Assembly: GCA_016181935.1 (NCBI GenBank)
Contig: JACOYI010000006.1
Coordinates: 1-60,005, forward strand
Length of the DNA stretch: 60,005 bases
Direction of reading: 5' to 3'
From: Candidatus Niyogibacteria bacterium
GTDB taxonomy: Bacteria > Patescibacteriota > Minisyncoccia > HO2-45-28
Shown: in pieces, positions 8,170 through 16,127 of the stretch
Position numbering within the stretch: the first letter of the stretch is position 1
Layout: each line of letters begins with the position of its first letter
The notes under the pieces: model-generated
The model's input: only the letters and a program-made list of their open reading frames with translations
Told to the model about the DNA's origin: nothing
The model's database searches: none
Translations under genes and position numbers: made by a program

Positions 8170-8772
8170 CTAACGGCGGTTGTCGAGCGCGTCTTTCAGC
8201 GTATCGCGGTTCAGATATTCGATCTCGGCGCCCGTTGACATGCCGCGCCCGAGCCGCGAGATTTTGATGGCGCGCTCTCCCTGCAACGGCTCCAAAATTT
8301 TCTCGATATAACGCGCCGTAAAATTTCCTTCCGGCGTCGCATCGGTCGCCACGATCACCTCGCAGATCGAGGGCGTTGTTTTGATGCGTTCGTAGAGTTT
8401 ACGGAAACGAAGACGGCTTGCCCCTTCGCCATCACCGAACTCCGAAAGCGTTCCGCCCAAAACGAAATAGTGCCCGTCATACACGCCCGCGCGCTCAAAC
8501 ACGGCGAGATCCGCGTCTTTTTCAAGAATCGTGATCGTTGAATGGTCGCGCTGCGCATCGGCGCAAACCGCGCACGATCCGGCGCCAAGCACCCGGAAAC
8601 ATTCGCCGCACCGGCGGATACCCGCAAGCGCCGCGATCGCCGCGATAAGGTCATCGCGTGTTTTTTTATTCTCGTCCACCAAATAATAGGCGAATCGGGC
8701 GGCCTGCCGCGCGCCGATCCCGGGAAAGCGCATAAAGAGTTCGATCAATTTTTCGAGCTGTTCGAGTCGCAT
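8170..8772 (-). CDS. recR: Recombination protein RecR
   Basis: HhH N-terminus, Cys4 zinc finger and Toprim. Confidence 0.92.
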   Translation of the reverse strand: MRLEQLEKLIELFMRFPGIGARQAARFAYYLVDENKKTRDDLIAAIAALAGIRRCGECFRVLGAGSCAVCADAQRDHSTITILEKDADLAVFERAGVYDGHYFVLGGTLSEFGDGEGASRLRFRKLYERIKTTPSICEVIVATDATPEGNFTARYIEKILEPLQGERAIKISRLGRGMSTGAEIEYLNRDTLKDALDNRR

Positions 8773-8775
8773 AGA

Positions 8776-10128
8776 TCAGTGGTCCGCAGGCACATGCCCT
8801 TCCTTGGCAAGCGCGGAGAAGCTCGTCCACGCCTGATTGAAATAAAGCGTGGCTTGTCCCAACGGACCGTTCCGGTGTTTTTGGATCATGATATCGGCCT
8901 GATTCGGACGGTCGCTATTCGGACGATACCGGTCATCGCGATAAATGAACATCACAACATCCGCATCCTGCTCGATGCTTCCGGACTCGCGAAGATCCGA
9001 GAGTTTGGGGATGGGGGGATGACGCGACTCCACGGCGCGCGACAATTGGGAAAGCGCCAACACGGGAATGCTTAGCTCGCGCGCCAACCCCTTGAGCGAG
9101 CGCGAAATTTCCGTGATCTGCTGGACAATGTTGTCGGTATTTGCGCGCGGCTGGATCAGCTGCAAATAATCCACAATGATGAGCTTCAATCCTTTTTCGG
9201 CCTGCAAGCGGCGGGCCATCGCGCGCATCTGCAAGATATTGATGCCCGCCTCGTCATAAATATAGATCGGCGCTTTTGAGAGGCGGTCGAGCGCATCGCG
9301 GATCCGCGTGAAATCATCGCTGTCGGCATTCAGGCGGCCGGTGCGGAGCCGCCACAGGTCCACATGGGCCTCCGCGGCGATGAACCGGTCCGTCAATTGA
9401 TCCGATGACATTTCGAGCGAAAAAAGGCCGACCGGAATTTGATGGTGCAGGGCGGCGTTCCGCGCGATATCGAGCGCCAGCGATGTCTTGCCGAGCGACG
9501 GACGCGCGGCAAGCACCACAAGATCGGATGCCTGAAAACCGGAGAGAACGTGATCGAGATCCGCGAATCCGGTGGGGATCCCGCGCAACTCGCCTTTATT
9601 TTTATGCAAACGGTCAATGCGCTCCCATGCATCCGCAAGCGCGGTCCCCACGGGGATCAATTTTTGGCGGAGCGAGGATTGCGAGATCGAAAATATCTTC
9701 TGCTCCGCCTCATCCAGCAGCATATCGACATTCTCTCCCTCCTGATACCCCAGTTGATGGATATGCCCCGCGGCCTCGATCATTTCGCGAAGCACGCCTT
9801 TTTTATGGACGATGTCCGCATGATACGCGGCGTTCGCCGCGGACGGAACGCTCGCGATGAGTTCCGCCAAGAAACTCTTCCCGCCGATCGCCTCGAGTTT
9901 GTTTTTTCCCTTCAAGTGGTTGGAAACCGATATGACATCGGCCGGTTCGTGCCGCTCGGCAAGTTCAACGACCGCCTCATAGATGATGCGATGCGCCTCG
10001 CGGTAAAAATGATGCGGTTTCAAAACATCCACGACATTATAGACCGCGTTCGCATCCAACATCAAAGCGCCGAGAACCGCGGTCTCGGCTTCGATATTCT
10101 GCGGGGGAGTCCGTAGTGATTCGGCCAT
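8776..10128 (-). CDS. dnaB: Replicative DNA helicase DnaB
   Basis: PPQNIEAETAVLGA N-terminus and RPSLGKTS Walker A. Confidence 0.93.
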   Translation of the reverse strand: MAESLRTPPQNIEAETAVLGALMLDANAVYNVVDVLKPHHFYREAHRIIYEAVVELAERHEPADVISVSNHLKGKNKLEAIGGKSFLAELIASVPSAANAAYHADIVHKKGVLREMIEAAGHIHQLGYQEGENVDMLLDEAEQKIFSISQSSLRQKLIPVGTALADAWERIDRLHKNKGELRGIPTGFADLDHVLSGFQASDLVVLAARPSLGKTSLALDIARNAALHHQIPVGLFSLEMSSDQLTDRFIAAEAHVDLWRLRTGRLNADSDDFTRIRDALDRLSKAPIYIYDEAGINILQMRAMARRLQAEKGLKLIIVDYLQLIQPRANTDNIVQQITEISRSLKGLARELSIPVLALSQLSRAVESRHPPIPKLSDLRESGSIEQDADVVMFIYRDDRYRPNSDRPNQADIMIQKHRNGPLGQATLYFNQAWTSFSALAKEGHVPADH

Positions 10129-10190
10129 AGAACGATGGTATCAGATTATCGCCGGATGCAACCGGCGAGGTGGGGGAAACCGGTGGATAG

Positions 10191-11516
10191 TCAATCGTGG
10201 GGCTTCAAGACCGAACCCCCGCCATGATCTTCAACGTCCCACCCACGCTTTTGAATCTCTTCGCGCAACTCGTCTGCCTTTTGCCAATTCTCTTCCTTGC
10301 GAGCGCGGGCCCGCTCCTTCTCCAATTGTTGGACATCGTCCGGAATGGGTTTCGTGGATCCGAGTCCAAGCCCCAATATCCGATCCGCCCACATAAAATC
10401 GTCGTAGGAAAGACGGTCGCGATGGGCATGGAGCATCCCAACCGCGAATGATGTGTTAAGATCATCGGCAATGCTCTCCATAAACTGCTCGCGAAAATCG
10501 CTACGGTCATCCCTTTTATTTTCTTTGGCATCCAGAACACCATTCTTAATACCCGCAAAGCCTATGGTCGCGGAATGAAGCGCCTCCCATGTAAAATTGA
10601 GCGGAGAACGATAATGCGCATTAAAAACGAAGTAGCGAAATGCGAGCGGGGAAAACTTTTTTGCCGCAAGATCATCGAGTGTCAGAATATTCCCCAATGA
10701 TTTCGACATCTTCTTTCCATCCACCGTCAGAAGTTCGCCTTCGACAAAAAAACGGGCAAGCGGATGCCCCTCCGGATCCGCGGCGACCGATTGGGCGATC
10801 TCGTTTTCATGATGTGGAAACAGCAGATCGATGCCGCCCGCATGAATATCGAATGGCTGATCCAGCTCCTTTGTGCTCATGGCCGAACACTCGATATGCC
10901 ATCCGGGGCGGCCATCACCCCACGGGGAATCCCAAAACGGCTCGTCATCTTTTTTCGCTTTCCAAAGCACAAAATCCTGCGCGGCGTCTTTTGCATATTC
11001 ATCAATATCGATGCGCGCTCCGGCTTTCAGTTGCTGTTTATCCAGCCGACTCAACGCGCCATAGTCGCTGAATTTTGAGATATCAAAATAAACCGACCCC
11101 TCTTTTTCATACGCATATCCGCGCAGAAGGAGCCGCCCGATCAGCGCTTGCATCTCCTCGATATACTCGGTCGCGCGCGGATACGTGTCGGCATCCTCAA
11201 TATTCAACGCCCTCAAATCCTCGCGGAATTTATCCTCGTATTCCCGCGCCAGCTCCCCGATCGGCTTTCCGAGTTTTGCCGCGCGCTCGATGATTTTATC
11301 GTCCACATCCGTGATATTCATGACGTGGCGAACGGTGTATCCCTCCGCTTTCAATGCGCGTTTCAAGACGTCTTCAAAAATATAGGTACGGAGATTACCG
11401 ATGTGAACCGAATCATAGACCGTGGGTCCGCACGTATAAAACCCAACCGTACCGCTGTCGCGCGGCTTGAATTCTTCGATCTGTCGCGTGAGATAGTTGT
11501 AGAGCCGCAGGGCCAT
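10191..11516 (-). CDS. cysS: Cysteinyl-tRNA synthetase
   Basis: HIGN and KMSKS motifs and the C-terminal NWQKADELREEIQKRGW motif. Confidence 0.93.
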   Translation of the reverse strand: MALRLYNYLTRQIEEFKPRDSGTVGFYTCGPTVYDSVHIGNLRTYIFEDVLKRALKAEGYTVRHVMNITDVDDKIIERAAKLGKPIGELAREYEDKFREDLRALNIEDADTYPRATEYIEEMQALIGRLLLRGYAYEKEGSVYFDISKFSDYGALSRLDKQQLKAGARIDIDEYAKDAAQDFVLWKAKKDDEPFWDSPWGDGRPGWHIECSAMSTKELDQPFDIHAGGIDLLFPHHENEIAQSVAADPEGHPLARFFVEGELLTVDGKKMSKSLGNILTLDDLAAKKFSPLAFRYFVFNAHYRSPLNFTWEALHSATIGFAGIKNGVLDAKENKRDDRSDFREQFMESIADDLNTSFAVGMLHAHRDRLSYDDFMWADRILGLGLGSTKPIPDDVQQLEKERARARKEENWQKADELREEIQKRGWDVEDHGGGSVLKPHD

Positions 11517-11534
11517 ACTATATAGTAGGATAAT

Positions 11535-12746
11535 ATGGAACGACGGCTTGTCGCAATGTTCATCAGTGGCGCCCTCCTGTTTTTGGGCGGGGTCTATGTC
11601 GGCTACACCAACCAGCCGGCCGTCAATTGGATCTCGAGCGTCACCAACAAGGAACCGGCGGAGCTTGGCGGAGAGTCCGTTGACTTCGAGCCGTTCTGGA
11701 GAGCGTGGCGCATCATTGAGGAAAAATACGTTTCCATCGATACGCTCGACCGCCAGACCATGGTATGGGGGGCGATTTCCGGCCTCGCCGCATCTCTCGG
11801 CGACCCGTATACCGTATTTTTCCCGCCGGAGGAAAAAAAGATCTTTGATTCCGAAGTGAGGGGGGATTTTGAAGGGGTGGGAATGGAGATCGGGATGCGC
11901 AAAGGAATTCTTGTCGTTGTCGCGCCGCTCAAAGGAACGCCCGCTTACAATGCCGGCGTCAAAGCGGGAGACAAGATCCTGAAGATCGGCGACGAATCAA
12001 CGGCCGAGATGACCGTGGACGAGGCCGTGCGCAAGATCCGCGGCAAAAAAGGCACGACCGTAACATTGACGCTTTTGAGAAACGGGGAGGACGATGTCCG
12101 CGTTATTGAGATCGCGCGCGACGTGATCCAGATCCCGATCTACGAAGCCGAAAAAAAAGGGAGCGTTTTCGTTATCCGCCTTTTTAGTTTTTCCGAGCGC
12201 TCGCCCGCGATCTTTCGGCAGGCGCTCAAGGAATTCATTGAATCCGGAAGTTCCAAACTCGTTCTTGACCTGCGCAATAATCCCGGCGGATACTTGGAGG
12301 CGGCGGTGGACGTCGCAAGCTGGTTTTTGCCGGCGGGCGATATCGTGGCGCGGGAGGATTTCGGACACGGCAAGGAGGAACTTCACCGGTCGCGGGGATA
12401 TGATGTTTTCGAAAATCTGGCGCTCGTTGTTCTTGTGAATGGCGGCTCGGCTTCGGCGTCCGAAATCGTCGCGGGAGCCCTTCGCGATCATGACGTTGCG
12501 AAGATCGTGGGAACCAAGACGTTCGGCAAAGGTTCGGTGCAGGAACTTCTATCTGTGACCAGCGACACCTCGCTTAAGGTGACCATCGCGCGGTGGCTGA
12601 CCCCCAACGGGCACTCCATTTCCGAATCCGGCCTTGAGCCCGATGTCGTTCAGGAGGCGGCAGGCGAAAACGACGAGGCTATTGACCCGCAATTGGATAA
12701 GGCGATTGAATTATTAAAGGAATTGCCCCAAAAATCGGAATCGTAG
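11535..12746 (+). CDS. S41 carboxy-terminal processing protease
   Basis: N-terminal TM, PDZ domain, NGGSASASEI catalytic Ser region. Confidence 0.88.
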   Translation: MERRLVAMFISGALLFLGGVYVGYTNQPAVNWISSVTNKEPAELGGESVDFEPFWRAWRIIEEKYVSIDTLDRQTMVWGAISGLAASLGDPYTVFFPPEEKKIFDSEVRGDFEGVGMEIGMRKGILVVVAPLKGTPAYNAGVKAGDKILKIGDESTAEMTVDEAVRKIRGKKGTTVTLTLLRNGEDDVRVIEIARDVIQIPIYEAEKKGSVFVIRLFSFSERSPAIFRQALKEFIESGSSKLVLDLRNNPGGYLEAAVDVASWFLPAGDIVAREDFGHGKEELHRSRGYDVFENLALVVLVNGGSASASEIVAGALRDHDVAKIVGTKTFGKGSVQELLSVTSDTSLKVTIARWLTPNGHSISESGLEPDVVQEAAGENDEAIDPQLDKAIELLKELPQKSES

Positions 12747-12815
12747 ATTCCTGATTTTTGGTTGGCAAATTGCGACCTTCATTTATTTACTCACTAACGT
12801 TCGTATAAATTTGGC

Positions 12816-13259
12816 ATGAAAGTCCTTTTGTTAAAAGACGTCGCGGCTTTAGGACAGCGCGGCGATATCAAAGAGGTGAAACCGGGATACGCGCGGAATT
12901 TTTTATTGGCGCAGGGGCTTGCAAAACCCGCAAATTCGGGCGCGTTAAAGGAAGCGGAGACGCTCCGAGCGGCGCGCGAAGCCGAAAAGGCGGCGGAGGA
13001 TACGCAATTCACCTCGGCGCTTGCCGCCCTTGCGGGGCGCACATTCACCATTGAAGCGAAGGCGACCGCACAGGGAAATTTGTACCGCGCCATCAGCAAA
13101 AAGCAGATCATCTCGGCGCTCGAAGCCGGAGGTGTCGCCGGTATCATACCGGACGATATTGAAACGGATCCGATCAAGAAAATCGGCACGCATACCATCC
13201 GGCTCAGGCGCAGAAATTCGACGGGCTCCTGCACCATACAGATCGCCGCCAAAAAATGA
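12816..13259 (+). CDS. rplI: 50S ribosomal protein L9
   Basis: [30 protein letters not shown]. Confidence 0.9.
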   Translation: MKVLLLKDVAALGQRGDIKEVKPGYARNFLLAQGLAKPANSGALKEAETLRAAREAEKAAEDTQFTSALAALAGRTFTIEAKATAQGNLYRAISKKQIISALEAGGVAGIIPDDIETDPIKKIGTHTIRLRRRNSTGSCTIQIAAKK

Positions 13260-14917
13260 CGAGGTATATCTTTATCGCCGGCGGTGTGATGTCGGGGATC
13301 GGGAAGGGGATTTCCACCGCCTCCATCGGCGCGATCCTCATCTCTTGCGGATACCGCGTCTCATGCGTCAAGATCGATCCCTATCTCAATGTGGATGCCG
13401 GCACCATGAACCCCGTTGAGCACGGCGAGGTTTTTGTGACCGATGACGGCCTCGAATGCGACCAAGACGTCGGGAATTATGAGCGATTTTTGGACCAAAA
13501 TCTCTACCGCGCCAATTACATGACCTCGGGACAAGTGTACCAAACCGTCATCAACCGCGAGCGTTCTCTCGGATACGACGGTAAATGCGTAGAGACCGTT
13601 CCGCATATTCCGGAGGAGATCATCGCGCGCCTTGACCGCGTGGCCGAGCGCACAAAGGCGGATTTTGTTCTGATTGAGATCGGCGGAACGGTCGGCGAAT
13701 ACCAAAATCTGATCTTTTTTGAAGCCGCCCGCATGATGCATTTGTCGCTTCCTTCTCGCGTCCTGTTCGTGCTTGTAAGTTATCTGCCCATTCCGGCGAT
13801 GCTCGGCGAGATGAAGACCAAACCCACACAGCACGCGGTGCGCCAGTTGAACGCTTCCGGTATCCAGCCCGATATCATCATTGCCCGCTCGGCCGTTCCT
13901 TTGGATCTCCCGCGCAAACGCAAGATCGCCGTTTTCTGCAATATCCGCGTCGAAGACGTCATTTCGGCGCCCGATATCAAAAGCATCTATGAAGTGCCCG
14001 TCAATTTTGAAAAAGAAGAGATCTCGGCGCGTATTTTCGAGAAATTCGGCATTCCGACGCGTAAAGCCGATCTGGCACGCTGGGCACGCCTGGGCCGAAA
14101 AGTCGCATCGCTCAAAAAAACGGTTCGGATCGGGATCATCGGCAAATATTTTGCAACCGGCCGCTTTACGCTCTCGGATTCCTATATTTCGGTCATCGAG
14201 GCGATCAAACATGCGGCGTGGGACATCGGCGCAAAGCCCGATATTCAATGGCTCGATGCCGAACGGTATGAAGCGAATACGCCGAACGTCAGGGAGCTTG
14301 GGAAGCTCGACGGCATCATCGTCCCCGGAGGATTCGGAGGGCGGGGGATCGAGGGCAAAATGCGTGCGATCCGATACGCGCGCGAAAACGATATCCCGTT
14401 TTTCGGACTTTGCTATGGAATGCAGCTTGCGACCATTGAATTCGCGCGCACTGTCGCCGGACTCAAACGCGCATGCACAACGGAGGTGGATCCGCAAACG
14501 CCGCACCCGGTCATCGCCACCATGGAAGAACAGGAAAAAAATATCGCCATGGGAAAATTCGGCGGCTCCATGCGCCTGGGCGCGCATCCATGCCAATTAC
14601 GCAAGGGGACGTTGAGCTATCGCGCATACGCCGAGAACACCATCACCGAACGCCATCGCCACCGCTACGAATTCAATAATCATTTTCGCGAGGAGTTGGA
14701 GCGCGCCGGCCTCGTTATCGCGGGTGCGAACCCCGAACGAAATCTTGTCGAGATCGTCGAACTCAAAAAACATCCATTCTTTGTCGGCACGCAATTTCAT
14801 CCGGAATTAAAGTCGCGGCCGTTCCGGCCGCATCCGTTGTTCCTTGCATTCCTCCGCGCCTGCCTCGCCGAGTCAAGGCGGGCCTCCCGTAAGCGCGCGG
14901 AATCTAAACGACGTTAA
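13256..14917 (+). CDS. pyrG: CTP synthase
   Basis: [16 protein letters not shown]-terminus and GLCYGMQ glutaminase motif. Confidence 0.95.
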   Translation: MTRYIFIAGGVMSGIGKGISTASIGAILISCGYRVSCVKIDPYLNVDAGTMNPVEHGEVFVTDDGLECDQDVGNYERFLDQNLYRANYMTSGQVYQTVINRERSLGYDGKCVETVPHIPEEIIARLDRVAERTKADFVLIEIGGTVGEYQNLIFFEAARMMHLSLPSRVLFVLVSYLPIPAMLGEMKTKPTQHAVRQLNASGIQPDIIIARSAVPLDLPRKRKIAVFCNIRVEDVISAPDIKSIYEVPVNFEKEEISARIFEKFGIPTRKADLARWARLGRKVASLKKTVRIGIIGKYFATGRFTLSDSYISVIEAIKHAAWDIGAKPDIQWLDAERYEANTPNVRELGKLDGIIVPGGFGGRGIEGKMRAIRYARENDIPFFGLCYGMQLATIEFARTVAGLKRACTTEVDPQTPHPVIATMEEQEKNIAMGKFGGSMRLGAHPCQLRKGTLSYRAYAENTITERHRHRYEFNNHFREELERAGLVIAGANPERNLVEIVELKKHPFFVGTQFHPELKSRPFRPHPLFLAFLRACLAESRRASRKRAESKRR

Positions 14918-15176
14918 TGACGCGCTTGACATGGACCGAGCGATCGAACCGAATTCTGCGCCGCGATGCAAATTTTACAATTCCCGCGGTCACCGCAAAA
15001 AGCGTATGGTCCTTTCCCATACGCACATTTTTCCCCGGAACATATTCGGACCCGCGCTGGCGGATGATGATGGCGCCCGGCTTCGCGTGCGAGCCGTCCG
15101 AAAGTTTTATGCCGAGATATTTGGGCTTTGAATCGCGTAAATTTTTAGCTGTACCCCCCGCTTTTGTATGAGCCAT
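14904..15176 (-). CDS. rpmA: 50S ribosomal protein L27
   Basis: [24 protein letters not shown]; the 3' end overlaps the pyrG 3' end by 14 nt. Confidence 0.93.
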   Translation of the reverse strand: MAHTKAGGTAKNLRDSKPKYLGIKLSDGSHAKPGAIIIRQRGSEYVPGKNVRMGKDHTLFAVTAGIVKFASRRRIRFDRSVHVKRVINVV

Positions 15177-15218
15177 GTTTCAATCTAAAATTTAAAATAT
15201 AAAAAGTAAAATTCGATC

Positions 15219-15404
15219 ATGCCGGATTTCACCATCATAGATGAATCTCAAATAACTGTCAAGGGGGCGCGGGGCGGATGGAAGCGGGATTTCGTTATCG
15301 TATTTTGCATCATTCTTGTTGCGGTCATCGCATTCGGATTGGGACGGCTTTCGGTTTTGTGGGAAGAAAAAATGCCCGTTCAAATAGAAACTATTTCGCG
15401 CTGA
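15219..15404 (+). CDS. Hypothetical small single-TM protein
   Basis: 61 aa with one hydrophobic helix; no homology recognised. Confidence 0.4.
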   Translation: MPDFTIIDESQITVKGARGGWKRDFVIVFCIILVAVIAFGLGRLSVLWEEKMPVQIETISR

Positions 15405-15425
15405 TAATGCACATCTGAGAAAACT

Positions 15426-15466
15426 CAAAGGGTAGTCCTTTTCTGATTCCTAAGGACTACCCTTTG
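15426..15466. repeat. Palindromic hairpin element, copy 1
   Basis: CAAAGGGTAGTCCTT-TTCTGATTCCT-AAGGACTACCCTTTG; 15-bp arms with a conserved 11-nt loop. Confidence 0.9.
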
Positions 15467-16010
15467 GGTTTTCTCGAATACTCGATCGTGAGTAACTCCC
15501 TTTTAATTTTTCGAATGCACCCGTAATGCGCGCCTCGTCGCTCCAGATCTGCGACGTCGCGGCGCCGGACAATCGCCCTCCGGCGTTAAATCCTCGGGAT
15601 AACTGACGGATGGAATTTTCGAGCTGAAGATAAAATCCGTAGGTTCGTCCGCTCGCGCGGATGAAATCCGCTATCACTTCCTTGCAAAGCGCCGCGCCGA
15701 TCGTCGGGCGCATATCTTTTTTTTCGCGAAGGAACCACACAAAAAGCATCTCGAGCTCGAATTCCGTCAAATATGTCAAGGCGTGCTTTATCAGTTTTCC
15801 ATCCTTGAACCGAATGAATACCGGACGTTCACCGCGGAATGTCTGTGCGTAAGAATCAAATGCGCGCATCAGGGTCCCCGTGGGAAGTTTCCGCTCGATC
15901 ATACCGCCATTGTACCGCGATATTTGGCTCAAACAAAGCGAAACGTAAGCTATATCAGCGTCTATCAATGTTGATTTTTCGCGCGAAAAAGCCGCAGGGC
16001 ACCCGCTCAA
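15450..16010 (-). CDS. Hypothetical protein (likely starts at 15902, MIERKLPTG)
   Basis: Open frame only; the stop codon lies inside hairpin copy 1. Confidence 0.45.
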   Translation of the reverse strand: MSGCPAAFSREKSTLIDADIAYVSLCLSQISRYNGGMIERKLPTGTLMRAFDSYAQTFRGERPVFIRFKDGKLIKHALTYLTEFELEMLFVWFLREKKDMRPTIGAALCKEVIADFIRASGRTYGFYLQLENSIRQLSRGFNAGGRLSGAATSQIWSDEARITGAFEKLKGSYSRSSIRENPKGSP

Positions 16011-16127
16011 AAGGCACAGAAGCGAGCCGAGGAGAGTCCCTGGAGGTGAGATGGGGGCTCCCCCTCAGCCGGAGGGTTATCAACAGGTAAATCCGGTTTT
16101 CTCAATGGTCGCCCGTACAATGAAGCC

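Noticed and set aside
10129-10190. T-box or other leader elements upstream of the aaRS genes (cysS, serS, gltX, proS)
   Set aside because: The upstream spacers are 2-60 nt or the genes overlap their neighbours, which is too short for T-box or riboswitch leaders.
13361-14596. 411-aa ORF antisense to pyrG. Similar long antisense ORFs occur at 24946..25782, 26067..26936, 30323..31246, 38079..39269, 39208..40131, 43639..44400, 46750..47974 and 56712..57617.
   Set aside because: These are shadow ORFs typical of GC-rich coding regions. Each fully overlaps a gene with unmistakable conserved motifs on the other strand, and their translations are Arg/Gly/Ala/Pro-rich without motifs.
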